A stretch of 64,000 nt of DNA from Felis catus (taxonomy: Eukaryota): NCBI RefSeq assembly GCF_018350175.1, contig NC_058368.1, forward strand, positions 75,952,001 to 76,016,000, in the 5' to 3' direction. The notes under the pieces were generated by a model. It was not told where the DNA came from. It searched no databases and worked only from the letters and a program-made list of their open reading frames with translations. The stretch's first letter is position 1, and every line of letters begins with the position of its first letter. This document shows, in pieces, positions 1 to 13,138 of this stretch. A program made the position numbers and the translations under genes.

Positions 1-897
1 GGCACGCAGTTTCCCAGAATCCAAAGGGAAGGCAAAAATGGCAAGACCCGAGATGAAGCGTACCCCCACAATTACTCAACTAGAAAGTCACTCTTGCCAG
101 GAAACTTTCAGGCAATGGGGTTCAGGAGGCAGTGGCAGAGGTCTGCTAGAAACCGTGAGATTTAGTATCTTTTCTGAGAAAGTGGACTGGAAACAAAAAA
201 GGGGGGGAGGGGGATTAATAGAAAAATAAAGAATGTAGAAGGGTCACCAACTAGGTGACTCTCTACCGGGTCACCTGCTTCTACGAAGGCTTATTGGAAA
301 TAGCCACACTATTGACACAGCGGAGTAGGGTGACAGAAACCAAACAGTCCACAGAGGCAAAAAATATTTACTGATACAGAGATTCAAGGGAAGGTTTTGT
401 TCCTTCGTTCAGGGTAAGAGTGGCATTGCCGTGATCACAGAAAAAGGGGAAAAGCTGCAGAGAAGTGAGAAAGATCTTTAAGCCAGTAATACAATCACCC
501 CTGGGAGATGGGCTAGATGGGTCTCCATAAAACTCCGTATCAGAAGTATGGAGAAAGAATGACTTGTGAGGGGGAAGATGGGAAGTCAAGAACTTCTTAT
601 TTTGTTTGTGAAGGAAGGTTTGAGATACCACCTTAAACATGGCTAGCATGACACCAGGTTCTCAGATGACCATCGCTGAGAACACAGCCTGGGGAGGGCT
701 GACAAAGACGATTCTTTAATGAGGAAACAAACACCCATGTCCCGTTCCCTTTCCTTTAATTGTAACATGTTTATGTTCCCCAAGCACCGCAATCAACAAA
801 ACAGGAACCACACTATGCCAGGATTTGCCCCAAAGTTCTTTATTTGGAGGCATCATTTGTAGATCTGCAACAGATTCCATTGTCCTTATTCAAGAAT

Positions 898-955
<58 letters not shown>

Positions 956-1015
956 GAAGGAAGGAAGGAAGGAAGGAAGGAAGGAAGGAAGAAAGAAAGA
1001 AAGAAGGAAAGAAAG
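898..1015. repeat. Compound (GAAA)n/(GGAA)n microsatellite
   Basis: Directly visible purine-only tetranucleotide run; explains the KERK/FLSF ORFs at 844-1117. Confidence 0.97.
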
Positions 1016-1523
1016 ATCATAAAAGATTACTGGGATTTCCATAATAGATGAAAGATGAAGTAAAATGTTATTACAGGACCATGACAAACTCTTCCTCATG
1101 TTTTTGTGTATTGACATTACAAATAACGCAAGAAGAAACCATCGTACAGTTATGTGTGTCTTAGTAACGCCGATTTAATAAATATCTTATCTAGCTTAAT
1201 CCATTGCAGTAGGTTATAGGACGGATTTAATGTATTCACCCCCCTGTCCTGTTGGAAGATCAAACCTTCTTACCCTGCTGGCATCAGACTTGACCATGTG
1301 ACTTGCTCTGGCCTAGGCAACGTGTGCAGAAACAATGTATAGTCCCTTAGGAGTCATCATGCTTTTCCCCTATTTCTCCTATATTTTTCCAAAAGAATTC
1401 CAGTGACCCAAGTTTGGGGGGGGGGTTGCCTGAGGCTGAATCCAAGAGTAAAGAAGACACTAGGACCAAAGTCTTAGCTGATTATTTGTGAACATATCGC
1501 ATGAATAGGAAATAAGTATCCAT

Positions 1524-1944
1524 TGTTTTTAAGTTTATTTATTTATTTTGAGGGAGAGAGAGAGAAAGCAAGCACTCTAGAATGAGGGAGGGGCAGAGAG
1601 AGAGGGAGAGAGAGAATACCAAGCAGGCTCCATGTTATCAGTAGCCCGATGCAGGGCTTGAACCCACGGACTGTGAGATCATGACCTGAGCTAAAATTAA
1701 GAGTCATGGGCACCTGGGTGGCTCAGTCGGTTAAGCGTCTGACTTCAGCTCAGGTCATAATCTTAATGGTTCATGAGTTCGAGCCCCACATTGGGCTCTG
1801 TGTTGACAGATTAGAGCCTGGAGCCTGCTTCAGATTCTGTGTCTCCCTCTCTCTCTGCCCCTCCCCCCCTCAAAATATAAAATAAACATTAAACAATTAA
1901 AAAAAAAAAGAAGGGGATGCTTAATTGAGCCACCCAGGTGCCCC
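1524..1944 (-). mobile_element. Can-SINE (host copy, split by a nested insertion)
   Basis: Reverse-strand tail (tttatttattt), (GA)n, body to 1707, head resumes about 1914-1944 (gatgcttaattgagccacccaggtgcccc). Confidence 0.93.
1708..1909 (+). mobile_element. Can-SINE nested in opposite orientation
   Basis: Full head gggcacctgggtggctcagtcggttaagcg, B-box region, CT tract and A tail inside the host SINE. Confidence 0.93.
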
Positions 1945-2058
1945 AAGAGTCTATTTTTATAAACCACTGAGGTAAGAGGATAATCTGTATAAACTGATAG
2001 ATACCTATTTTATTTGAAGATTATTCCAGTATACCTCTATGTCACTTAAACATTCTCA

Positions 2059-2275
2059 GGGCGCCTGGGTGGCTCAGTCGGTTAAGCGTCCGACTTCAGC
2101 TCAGGTCATGATCTTGTGGTCCGTGGGTTCGAGCCCTGAGTCGGGCTCTGTGCTGACTGCTCAGAGCCTGGAGCCTGATTCAGATTCTGTGTCTCCCTCG
2201 CTCTCTGACCCTCCCCCGTTCTTGCTCTGTCTCTCTCTGTCTCAAAAATAAATAAATGTTAAAAAAAATTTTAAA
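2059..2275 (+). mobile_element. Can-SINE with TSD
   Basis: Canonical head/body/(CT)n/A tail; TSD aaacattctc at 2048-2057 and 2276-2285. Confidence 0.95.
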
Positions 2276-2989
2276 AAACATTCTCTTTCTTTTAATTGTA
2301 ACATTAAAGAGACACACTGATACATATACCAAGTAATTCAATGTAAGTCTTAAAGAGCTAATATAAAACAACCAAGATACCACCGAATTCTAATCTCCTG
2401 AAGGATAGCTGACCATGTGACGTGAGTGAGAAATAAATCTTATGTTACTTCACTGAAAATACACTTATTTTGTTAAAGGAGTTAGTGTCCCCTTAATTAA
2501 TACTGACTTCCAAGGAAGAAAGCTTACATTTGTACCCTGTTAGAGGCTTAGTAAAACAAGATGACCCAAACTATTCACTTTGGGTCCTGTTTACCTGCAT
2601 ATATGTGTGTATGTATTGCATTTTACTCATTCAGATTCAGGCCGATGAAAATGTATTAGATAGATTTCAGACTCTCTTGTGTTAAAACACGCATTAACTT
2701 CAAGATACAAAGTTGTTGAAACTAATTTGCGTTAATATCACAAATCAGAATAAAACCTATAAAAATTAACCAGTCTCCGGACAACTTTAGCCCTATAATG
2801 AAACTAGAAAACAAAAATGAACTGTTATAGGGAATCATTTGGAAAACGGAAGTGAAGGTAAAGGCAATTCATTAAAGCATCCCAAACTACCTAAGCAAGT
2901 GATACGGAGTAAGTGCAAGAATCTCAAACCACTTAAAATAGTAATTCCACAGATTTCATAGGTGCAATTCACAATCTGTCGGCATTTCC

Positions 2990-3217
2990 TTTTTTTTTAA
3001 ACTATTTTTTTAAATGTTTATTTATTTGTTTTTGAGAGAGAGACAGATAGAGAGCAAGCAGGGGAGGGACAGAGAGAGAGGGAGACAGAATCCCAAACAG
3101 GCTCCCTGCCGTCAGCACAGAGCTTGATGTGGGGCTTGAACCCATGAACCATTGGATCATGACCTGAGCCGAAATGAAGAGTTGGATGCTTAACCAACTG
3201 AGCCACCCAGGCACCCC
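2990..3217 (-). mobile_element. Can-SINE with TSD
   Basis: TSD tctgtc(g/c)gcatttcc at 2975-2989 and 3218-3232. Confidence 0.95.
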
Positions 3218-4219
3218 TCTGTCCGCATTTCCAAATCACTAGTAACCAGTCTAGATCAAGGAGCAGCTATATTTTGATTCATTTTAAAAACATGAACTGA
3301 GCTCAAAGAATCTGAGAGAAATTAAGTGGGTAGAAAACTATTTCATAGATTATCTTGACTTGGAAGACACTGATCACTCATTGTATTACCTAGAACTTCA
3401 AGGTTTCTTCAGTGATATTTATGAGTATATAAATCACAGTATTCAAAACTAAGGCTGTTACATGAAACAGCAGGACTATAGACGTGCTACAGCACATGCG
3501 AAACGTCACAAAATATTCAGATGAGCTGAGAAGCTATACCAGTGTATGCCCTTAAATATTAAGAGCCACGTGTCAAGTCCCCTCAATCTCAAAACCATTT
3601 TAGGTTTTCATCAGCCATTCGAAAAATAAAACCTATCACATATATAATCCAGTGAAGTTCTATATTGATTTGTGTCATCTTTCCCAACGGTAAAATCGAT
3701 AAGTGCAGGAACATGAGACTCCAGAACACTCAGAGAAGCCTCTTCGTACGTTGAGTACCTGATAAATTACTAAAACTGTTTCTCCCACCTCATAGGAGAA
3801 TTCGGCTACACTAAGCGCCATCGTTCCCCTCCTCATCTGGTATTTGGCAGGAGGTTTCTGTCACTTACTCAGAATGAAAATCTTAGAGTCACCTTTGATT
3901 TTCTCTTCTGCTCCTCTCCCTGGTCATGGAACTGCTCAGAACCATCCATTCAAGCTTCCTTACCTTCCTCCCATCCCTAATGTCGATACTCCACACTAGA
4001 GCACAATACGTAGACGTTTTTCAGAGGTTTCCGAGTACCCACAAAGTCAAACTCGTCCATCTTATTTTAGAGACACTGCAATTCATTGTTTAACCACTTT
4101 CTGAACTTAATGTTCACCCTTGCCCCATGCCAACAAATCCAAGCTTATGGGGCTATCGTAAATATGTGTTAATTCTTAGACTCCACCTAAGATTTCTTTC
4201 CTCTTATTATTCCCATTAT

Positions 4220-4460
4220 GGAGCGCCTGGGTGGCTCAGTCCGTTGAGCATCCGACTTGGGCTCAGGCCCTGATCTCACAATTGGTGGGTTCAAGCCCGA
4301 CGTAGGGGTCTGTGCTAGTAGCTCAGAGCTTGGAGCCTGCTTCAGATTCTCTGTCTCCTTCGCTCTCTGCCCCTCTCCCACTCACGCTCTGTCTCTCTCT
4401 GTCTCTCACAAATAAGTAAAAATGTTAAAAAAAATAATAAAACAAAATAAAATAAAATTA
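4220..4460 (+). mobile_element. Can-SINE (in L2-like flanks)
   Basis: Head ggagcgcctgggtggctcagtc, CT tract, (AAAAT)n-type tail. Confidence 0.93.
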
Positions 4461-5338
4461 CTGATCTATTAAGATACAGCTCAAAAACCTCACTCTATCA
4501 TGAAGCTTCCTGGATAATTTCAGTGTGAAGTGATACTGTGCATTTGTACCTACAGTTGTGTTTCATGAATTTTGATTTCTTAATCTCCAACATAAAAAAT
4601 TCCATTTGGAGGCTTGTTGCCAATTAATTCTTGTCACCCTCGTCACTTTTCAAAACACCACTGTAATATACAGCACATCTTGTCCCAAAATAAATGCTGT
4701 TAAAATAACAGTCAGAAAACCGTGTTACTAACGGGTTTTAGCCAATTTTGAGCATAAGCCTTTTGACTGAGAGGCTCCGGCGGTTAATGATCCTCAGTAA
4801 AAATAAGTATCAGTCATGACTTCTCAAAAGTGTCTTTAATTCAGGATTAACTAAAAGAATAAAGACATTAAATAAGAATGAGTTATCTTACTGTGAAATG
4901 AAAGCTTGAAGCATATTATTATAATACTAATTTATGAACAATTCCTCATAAAGCCCTTAGCACATTACCTGCTGTAAAGACTCTATAAATACCAGCTGCT
5001 ATTATTATTTAGGCCAAATCTATGCACATGCATGGTGAACACTTCCTGGTACACTTATGCCCACAACCTTGAGGAATATCTCACCAAGAACTCTGGAAAA
5101 ACACTTTGGGAGGTACAGGGAAGAAAAGCCCTACACTGGTGCATTCTAAACTCATTCCAACTAGTGCATTCCAAATTCTGCCTACACTTTATCTTTGACT
5201 TTCCATTCTTGTCAAAAACTGGTGTGCACACACAGATTGAAATACCAGTGTGGTTTGCTCAAAATTCTTAGTTCATACTTACATAGGTGCCTAAATTCTA
5301 TTTTTTGTAGTGGGCACCTGCCCAAATTATTTTTTTTT

Positions 5339-5553
5339 AATTTTTTTTTTCAACGTTTATTTATTTTTGGGACAGAGAGAGACAGAGCTTGAATGGGGGA
5401 GGGGCAGAGAGAGAGGGAGACACAGAATCGGAAACAGGCTCCAGGCTCTGAGCCATCAGCCCAGAGCCCGACGCGGGGCTCGAACTCCCGGACCGCGAGA
5501 TCGTGACCTGGCTGAAGTCGGACGCCCAACCGACTGCGCCACCCAGGCGCCCC
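5339..5553 (-). mobile_element. Young felid Can-SINE (SINEC_Fc type)
   Basis: CpG-rich, with diagnostic ggcgcagtcgg / gggctgatggctcagag / tgtcccaaaaataaataaacgttg motifs; TSD cccaaattattttttt. Confidence 0.95.
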
Positions 5554-6228
5554 CCAAATTATTTTTTTTACAGAGGTTTCCTCTTGATAAGGAATATGAG
5601 ATTTCCACAGTCAATTATTCATAGCCTTCATTGTTCTCTTTCCCACTTTCGCTGGAGTCCCCCAGACCATCCCCACTTTCCCTTTGGGGATCTTTTTCCC
5701 TGCTGGAAGAGGACATCTCCATGTCTTAAAACTTCCATGATAGCGTGCTCTCTGGGTTAGAATCTAAGCAACGGTGCCCCACAGAACAAAAATGTGGAGG
5801 TCAAAATGGTCCCTACGCATCACTTATCTGTGCTTTGCTACTTGGATCACCATATTCACCTATGTTTTCTCTTTTGTGACAATCTTTCCATTACAGGTTA
5901 GCTTCCAACCACTACTTTTATTTGTGACTTCTAGAATCTGTCCCACTGTGAAGGAACTGTTTTGCACTTTCAAATTTTACAGAAAGATCCCTGCCACTCT
6001 ACACTGACTGAGATGTGGTTCTTCAAGAACATTTTAGTTCCTGTAGAGTCCCATCATTTTTGAGCCAGAAGAAAATATTATACGGTCTCTTCTCCCCATT
6101 CTTACTTCCAAATTCTGTGTCAGTGTATTTTGATGCACTACCCTTTCTCTTTGAGTTGTCACCCCTTTTCTCACTGGGGTCATTTATTGAATCTCATGTC
6201 ATCTTTTCCTTAAGAATGGTTACAGTTT

Positions 6229-6432
6229 GGAGCACCTGGGTGGCTCAGTCAGTTTTAAGTGTCTGACTCTCGGTTTCGGCTCAGGTCATGATCTCCCGGT
6301 TGGTGAGTTTGAGCCCCACATCAGTCTCTGCACTGACAGCGTGAAGCCTGCTTGGGATTCTCTCTTTCTCTCTCTCTCCCTCTGCCCTTCCTATTCTCTC
6401 TCTCTCTCAGTAAAATAAACTTAAAAAAAAAA
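6229..6432 (+). mobile_element. Can-SINE
   Basis: Canonical structure; degenerate TSD containing ggtta. Confidence 0.92.
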
Positions 6433-6504
6433 GGTTATATTTTCTCTCCTTTCTTTATCCTATGTCAATGTTTAGATCATAGGATCATTGACTTTATTAC
6501 ACAG

Positions 6505-6655
6505 TAGAATGGCATATGGAGAGACTTCTAAAAACACTAAAGCTTGGACTCTACCCTCTCCCAAATAACCATTGAATTGGTCTTGCTGGGCCTAAGCATA
6601 AGTAAATATTTCTAACTCCCACATCATTTTAATGTACAGAATTAAGAACTATTGA
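6505..6655. mobile_element. MER5-type hAT-Charlie DNA transposon relic
   Basis: Resembles the recalled MER5 consensus (ctaactcccacatcattttaatgtacag...ttaagaactattg); diverged. Confidence 0.5.
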
Positions 6656-6759
6656 TTTTGCCTGATGTCACTGCTATCATAATATTATCTGATAGCCACA
6701 GATCAAAACCACATTTCCAAGACAGCATATGTGAATTTATGTCAATTTTAGCTGAACAA

Positions 6760-7700
6760 TGTAAGTCAGTCATTTATAGTGGATTTTAATGAATTGAGGA
6801 ATGACCTGGAAGTGAGAACACTGAGGCAATGAAAAAAGATTCCTTTGAGAAGTGTTGCCTTTGAAAAGAAGAAGGAGAGAAGAAGAAGGAAAGAGTGATA
6901 CACCAGAGACAGGATAATATTGTTGAAATTTATATTATATATATAAAAAAAAAACTTGATTATGGTTATCAAGGGACAAGACCCAGTAGAGTATAAGATG
7001 ATGGTGATAGAGGAGGGCAGAGCAATGGTTGATGAAGCAAGATTCTTAAAGAAGTGGGAGAAGTTGACATGGATTGACATTGACAATGCAAAGGGCAATC
7101 AAAAGGAAGAAAGGGGAAAATATATAAATTGGCGTAATTCTAGGCAAGTTTGTAGGTGACAGGAACACAGTTGAAAGTATTTCTACCCACATGTGTTTAA
7201 CTATCTCTGTGAAGTAGCCAGTGAAGTTTATTCTAAATCTCAAGGAAGGTGAGTTTGGAAATAGACTTTCAAAATTAGGGAACATATGATCCCATAGGAA
7301 AATCATAGCAAAACATTTTCTGCACAGCACTGTGTACTCAAGAAAGGCTTAGAAGGGTGAGAATTCAAATTAGAACTGATTTATGTTAATTTCAGCACTG
7401 TGTGCAGCAACATAGGGGTGGAGATCAAAAGGAGAGAACCCTAGGATCATTCTTGAGGTGCAGGCTTCAAGGTCAGGTGGAGGTGAAGGACAAAGGTGAT
7501 GGGATCAATTATACTGGCAAGAGAGAAGTGACTGGCATTCCTGGTATAAAGGCTGAGAACAAAGGAAGGCTATCTGGAAGAATTGATAGGTCCTAGCAAT
7601 GAAAGGATCCAAAACATGGAGAACTTGATATAAAAGAGTGTATCTGCTCAAAAAAAAATATTACAGTTTATGCTCAGAGGGTAAGTTACTCAAGATTCAA
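6760..7700 (-). mobile_element. L2 LINE fragment
   Basis: Purine-rich decayed sequence with typical L2 antisense motifs (gaattgaggaatgacctggaagtgag...tttgagaagtgttgcctttgaaaaga). Confidence 0.55.
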
Positions 7701-7999
7701 GAAATAAACTGAAATCAAAAGAATGGGTTTCTAGTCCTGACCCAGCGGTCAGCTCCCTGTGTAACCTGGAATAGGTCCGCATGAGGCTTAGCGATCTCTG
7801 AAGACATCTCAGTTGCAACATTGTGTGATTGTAAGAATCAACAAGTCGTCTTTCAAAGAAAAAAAAAAAAGAAAGAAAATGTTAAGAGATCTACTTTCAA
7901 AAGAAATCCTAACTCCAAATATGGAGCTGTTCTGTGTAATGACTGGGAATGGTCAAATCTAGCAAATATATGATTGCTTATGTTCTTTGATATCTATTT

Positions 8000-9100
8000 A
8001 GCTATTCTACTTCTGACCACTTCCTTCTCCTCAAATATGCTCTTCTTTTAGCTTCCACCTATATTTCTCTCCTTCTTTCTCTCCTCTTTTCCTGACATCG
8101 TTTTATTCTCCAGCTCCCTACCCTGCTCCTGATCTTTAATTCATTCCTCAAATATTGAGCATGATCCAAATGTCTTCTATTGGCTTACTTCTCATTCAAA
8201 ATGTGCCCTCCCCTTGATGACCTCACTCATTCTCATTGCTTTGACTGCCACATACATACTGATGACCTCCATGTAGAGACATTACATATATATTTTTCTA
8301 TGGGGTTCTAGGCAAATGTATTAAGCTCCTTGTTAGACATCCCAACATAAATGCTTCACATACTTCAAACTCAGTGTATTTAAAATGAAACTCATTCCCT
8401 TGCCAAGCTTTTTCCTTCAAGTATAATGCTTCTCTTAATGCACTACACTACCTAATCAACATACTAAATGAGAAAATGACATCATGATCACCTGCTTCTC
8501 ACTTACTTGTCCGTTATTTTTAATTTTCTCCCCCACAATCTAGTAGAGCCCCTGCATCCTTTCACACCTCACCCTATCTAACTTTGCCTACTTGATTTGA
8601 ACTTTGTCATTTGGAACTCAGAAATGGCCTCCATACTGTCTCACTGATGTTCCTTCTATTCCCAAGGGATGCTCCACACTGTTGCCAAAATGAGTCTCAT
8701 ATAGGTGAAAACAATAACGCTGGTCACCTATGAAAATTATTTTAGTAGTACTCCACTCATGATAAAATATACCTCCAGCTTTTACTTGGGTCACACAAGA
8801 CCCTCCAAGATCTCATTCCTAACAACCATTACCTCTCACGCTCCCACGCTCTTGAGTTAAGCGGTCCAGTGACTTGCATTTCTTTGAAAGTGTCATGATG
8901 TTTTATTTTTCTTGTTGGCATTGCTTCTCGCCCTCCTTTGAAGCTTTCTCCCATTGTCTGCAGGGATGATTCCCATTCATCCTTCAAGAGTTAGTAAGGA
9001 TATTAACGCACTATGGGAACCACATTCTACAAATATGTTCATGTCTGTATTTTGTAACACATGGCAGGCTCTCGGAACATGTTCGACTGTGATGACACAT
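8000..9100 (+). mobile_element. L2 LINE 3' fragment
   Basis: Decayed RT 'YADD'-like segment (catactgatgac, about 8255) followed by the typical L2 run (cttcaaactcagtgtatttaaaatgaaactcatt...) and an L2-like 3' end. Confidence 0.65.
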
Positions 9101-9399
9101 AGCGAGGCAAAGAAATATATATACAACGCTAACTCTTTAGCTTTAGAAAAATTATGGCTAAAGGCTCAAAGGAGAACAACTTGACTATGGCTGCTACGTC
9201 AGTTATGTCGCCCATTACTTTCATGGAAAGGATGAGCTCTGAATCGCTTCAGACTTTCTGATACAATGAAACAACAAGTAGACTATCTGGGGTGAGCAGA
9301 TCTGGTTTGTAATCACGATGTTTCCGTCGTTTGCCTTTTAGCATGCCTCCCCCAATCCTGTAGGAGCATTGGATTAATTTTGCTCAGAGAACAAATACT

Positions 9400-9790
9400 C
9401 ACTTGAACTCTTTGTGTCTTAGGTGAAACTATCTCCAATCATGGGATTCTAGGTGAGCCAATCATCATACTGTTTTCCCTCGGCCACAGTGATTGGTTCA
9501 GGGGTGTGCCTCTGACCTAAGCTGTCCAGTCAGAATTCTTCAGAGTTAACGACATTAAGAAAAAATATATTCATGCTCTCACAGCAGATGCCAGTGAAGA
9601 AGCACATTCCCTTAGAAGGTGCTTGCAACCATTTCAGATGCATGAGGAAAGCCAGTCTCACTACAATACCAATATCAAAAAGAGAGCAGATAGGTGGACA
9701 GAAAGTATGCATTAAAACTGATACACCTGCTTTACCATTAGATTGATGGATGACATTGCAAAACTAAGTTTGTCTTGTTCCTTCTGACTG
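9400..9790 (+). mobile_element. MaLR MLT1K/L-like LTR remnant
   Basis: Characteristic ggccacagtgattggttcagggg...tgacctaagct motif. Confidence 0.6.
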
Positions 9791-10234
9791 TAGTCCTTAG
9801 AGTAATTCAGGGTCCAATGACAATGGGATTGACTTGTGCTGTCAACACAAAACTAATGGATGTTTTTAGTGTGAAAATTCTTTGAAGGCATATCACCACT
9901 GTTTGGTGGGGAAGAATCCTTGACAAATTATTTCTTCCAGCTGAGCATGCACTGCCTGAAGAGGAAATTTACACAAGAAAACTACAGAATATTACATTTC
10001 CCTTGAATCCTGTTTCTCATTATATAAGTGTTCTACTGGTGGGAACAAGGCAATATGAAAATAATCAGAGTAACAGTGGTTAGAATGAATACCGAAAAGG
10101 CAAATATCTTTCTTAGTAAGAGAACCCCAGCAGATCAAAAAAACTCAATTCCGTCATTAAGGTAATTTGACCAAGCATTGTAGTTGCATAAATCAAAGCA
10201 AAATTTACTTATTGTTTAATAAAATCACAGTTTT

Positions 10235-10574
10235 GGGGCACCGGGGTGGCTCAGTTGGTTAAATGTCTAACTCTTGATTTCAGCTCAGGTCATAATCCCA
10301 GGGTCATGGGATTGAGCCCTGTGTCAGGCTCTGCACTGAGTATGGTGCCTGCTTAAGATTCTCTCTTGAGGCACCTGGGTGGCTCAGCTGGTTAAGTGTC
10401 CAACTTTGGTTCAGGTCATGATCTCATAGCTCATGGGTTCGAGCCCCACATTGGGCTCTGTGCTGACAGCTCACACCCCAGAGCCTTATTGGGATTCTGT
10501 GTCTCCCTCTCTCTCTGCCCCTCCCCTGCTCATGCTCTCTCTCTCTAAAAATCAAACATTAAAGAATTTTAAAA

Positions 10575-10623
<49 letters not shown>

Positions 10624-10700
10624 CACCTCTGTCCCTCTCCCCTGCTCATACTCTATATAAAATTAAAAATGAATGAATAAACACATACATATATTTTTTT
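10235..10700 (+). mobile_element. Older Can-SINE hosting a nested SINE
   Basis: Outer TSD atcacagtttt at 10224-10234 and 10705-10715; body interrupted at the start of its CT tract. Confidence 0.92.
10368..10572 (+). mobile_element. Can-SINE nested in the same orientation
   Basis: Own TSD aa(g/a)attctctct at 10355-10366 and 10573-10584. Confidence 0.9.
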
Positions 10701-12429
10701 AAAGATCACAGTTTTATATTGACATCTCAGAAAAAAATAGTAAATAATACATCATTTTCTCCCAATTTAAGATCTGGTAAAAACAAAAAGAAACCAGAAG
10801 TTGAGAAGTCGAGTGCCCAGGATACATCTACACTTTCCATGAACAACTGAATAACCCTTCCTGACAATTTTATTTAATGGCTTCTTGATAATAGAAGTTA
10901 CACGTGCATTTCATATATACCTTATGCCCTTTTCTGCGTTAAGTCACTGAATTTTTTTTAACCTAGAATTATTTAACTGATCATACTACTCAGATAATCA
11001 ATGATTATTATCAAATTTAGGAACAAACTAATAAAACTGTCTGGGCTTAATTCTCCCACCATTGTTAGCATCACCCTCTCTTATTGCATTTATTTGTTCT
11101 GTTTTGTGCCATATTTACTCTTCATTTTACTTGTGACTTTTGCTCTGGTAAATTTCTCCTCTGAACTGTTTTTGCACTTTCCATTACATAACTTTCTTTT
11201 CCTATGTTAAGTCACATCCTTTTTCACATTTAACATTGTTCCTTACAAATGTCATTCAAAGACTGCTTTCTAATCTACATACCTAATGGGAATGTTGGGT
11301 TGCAATGGAATCCCTTTGACATCCTTTCTAAAGATAGGACCCTTTGATGATAACTTTATAAACTAGATTTGGACAAACCAAGTAACCTACCTCTTCAGTG
11401 AGTCGGCCTCACATGTTAATTATGCAACAGATGTGATTATTATTACTGAATCATTCTTTTGAACCAGCTATTGGGAACACCCGGATTCTATAAATAAGGG
11501 CTCAGTTTTCCAGACAAGGAAATGGGTATAAGAATCTAATATTTATAAAAAGTATTTCATGAGTTGAAGATTAATTATTTACAATGGAATTGAAGAGTCT
11601 AAAGAAGGGGGAAAATATTCTAATGTTGCAAAAATAACAATATTGAGAAAAAATACAATTTTACACACTTTTATGCAATTTAAATAGTCTAATTCACAAT
11701 CTGGGAAAATATAGCTCAAGATTCTGCCATCTGTATAAAAGTAAAGAGTTATCTAAATTTCTTACAAGTTTTGTCCCATCTTTCCAAAAGTAAATGGTTT
11801 TCTAAATTTCTTATAGCCCGGTGCCATCGGCGAGTGGAGCTCTTTGTCAGCCATTTAAGAAAAATGCCAGTCGATCCAATTATGTCAACAAAGACATCGT
11901 GGCAAAACATAAAGGGAATCTTTTAGCTTAGTACTTCCTAAGGCACAAACAGTAAACCAAACATGATTTCATCACCAAATAAACACTAAATATTGACTCT
12001 GCCTAAGAACAACAACAACAAACCCTACTCTTTCTAAATTAGTGAGAAAACCGATCATTTAACAAGGCCTATGATACATGCAGAGAAGTGCTACGATCTA
12101 AACAAAGTGCTAGATAAACACAGAACAGTTATGAATGAATCGTATATCAAATCACAATGAATTCAGAGTGCGTGGTCTCTGTGATGATCAGTGGTTGTAT
12201 TTCCACTGGGGATCAGAAAAGCTCTTAGCCAGGAGGGGCCAGGCCAGTGTCCCTATCTCAAGCCACAGTGCTCTGTGTTTTCTGTTAGTAGAATTTTCTC
12301 TCACCAGCCTCTCTTGGGAGATATGGGTCCAGCTTAGAATCACTGTTCTTTTATTCTCTTCTACTTGGAAGACACTTTTCCAATGACCTAGTTTACGTTT
12401 TAGGTAGACCTTTGTATGTATGATTCCAT

Positions 12430-12840
12430 ATGAATAACAACAGTTTCCGATACTCCATCCCCCTACAGTAGTATTATACATCAACAGCCTTGTTCTAGCT
12501 TCATGACGGGTGGCATTGATTTCCTCCATCCTCCCCTTCGGACTCAGTCAAGTGTGCACATCGTCCATTTGCCCTGAGCTTCCGTCACTGTCTGAGAACA
12601 AACCACGGGCTGGGTTGTTCCCATCAGTTCAGATTGTGTCCCAAACATGATAAGCCAAACTCAGCCAACTTGCAGCCTGAAGTGAATTCACCCACGGAGC
12701 TGAGCTAAGTCAACAGTAGCCAAAACTCAGCCAACCACAGAATGGAGAAAGCTTGAGAATAAACGTTTGTTATTTTGAGTCATGCAGTTGTTTGATAGAT
12801 GATTATGCAGCATTATCATGGCAATATTTGATGAAGAATG
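12430..12840 (+). mobile_element. MaLR MLT1(H/I/J)-like LTR
   Basis: 3' end gagaataaacgtttgttattttgag...gattatgcagcattatcatggcaata typical of MLT1. Confidence 0.7.
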
Positions 12841-12914
12841 ACATAAAGCTGTAAGTTCTCAGTGACATTTCTTAAATGACTTTTTATACCCCGAGTCAAC
12901 TAATTAAGAGAGTT

Positions 12915-13138
12915 TTTTAATTACTTTTTTAAAGTTTATTTATTTATTTTGAGAGAGAGAGAGAGAGAGAGCACAAGAATGGGAGAGGCAGAGAGAGGGA
13001 GAGAGAGAGAATCCCAAGCAGGCTCTGTGCAATCACTGTAGAGCCTGACAGAGGACTTGAACTCACAAACCATGAGATCATGACCTGAGTTGAAACCAAG
13101 AATCAGACGCTCAACTGACTGAGCCACCCAAGCACCCC
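12915..13138 (-). mobile_element. Can-SINE
   Basis: Canonical antisense structure ending gagccacccaagcacccc. Confidence 0.93.

Larger units (their letters stand above)
1215..2005 (+). mobile_element. Old MaLR (MLT1-type) LTR remnant interrupted by SINEs
   Basis: MLT1-like motifs (gaccatgtgacttgctctggcc; aaataagtatccattgtttt...aaaccactgag) continue on both sides of the SINE block at 1524-1944. Confidence 0.6.
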
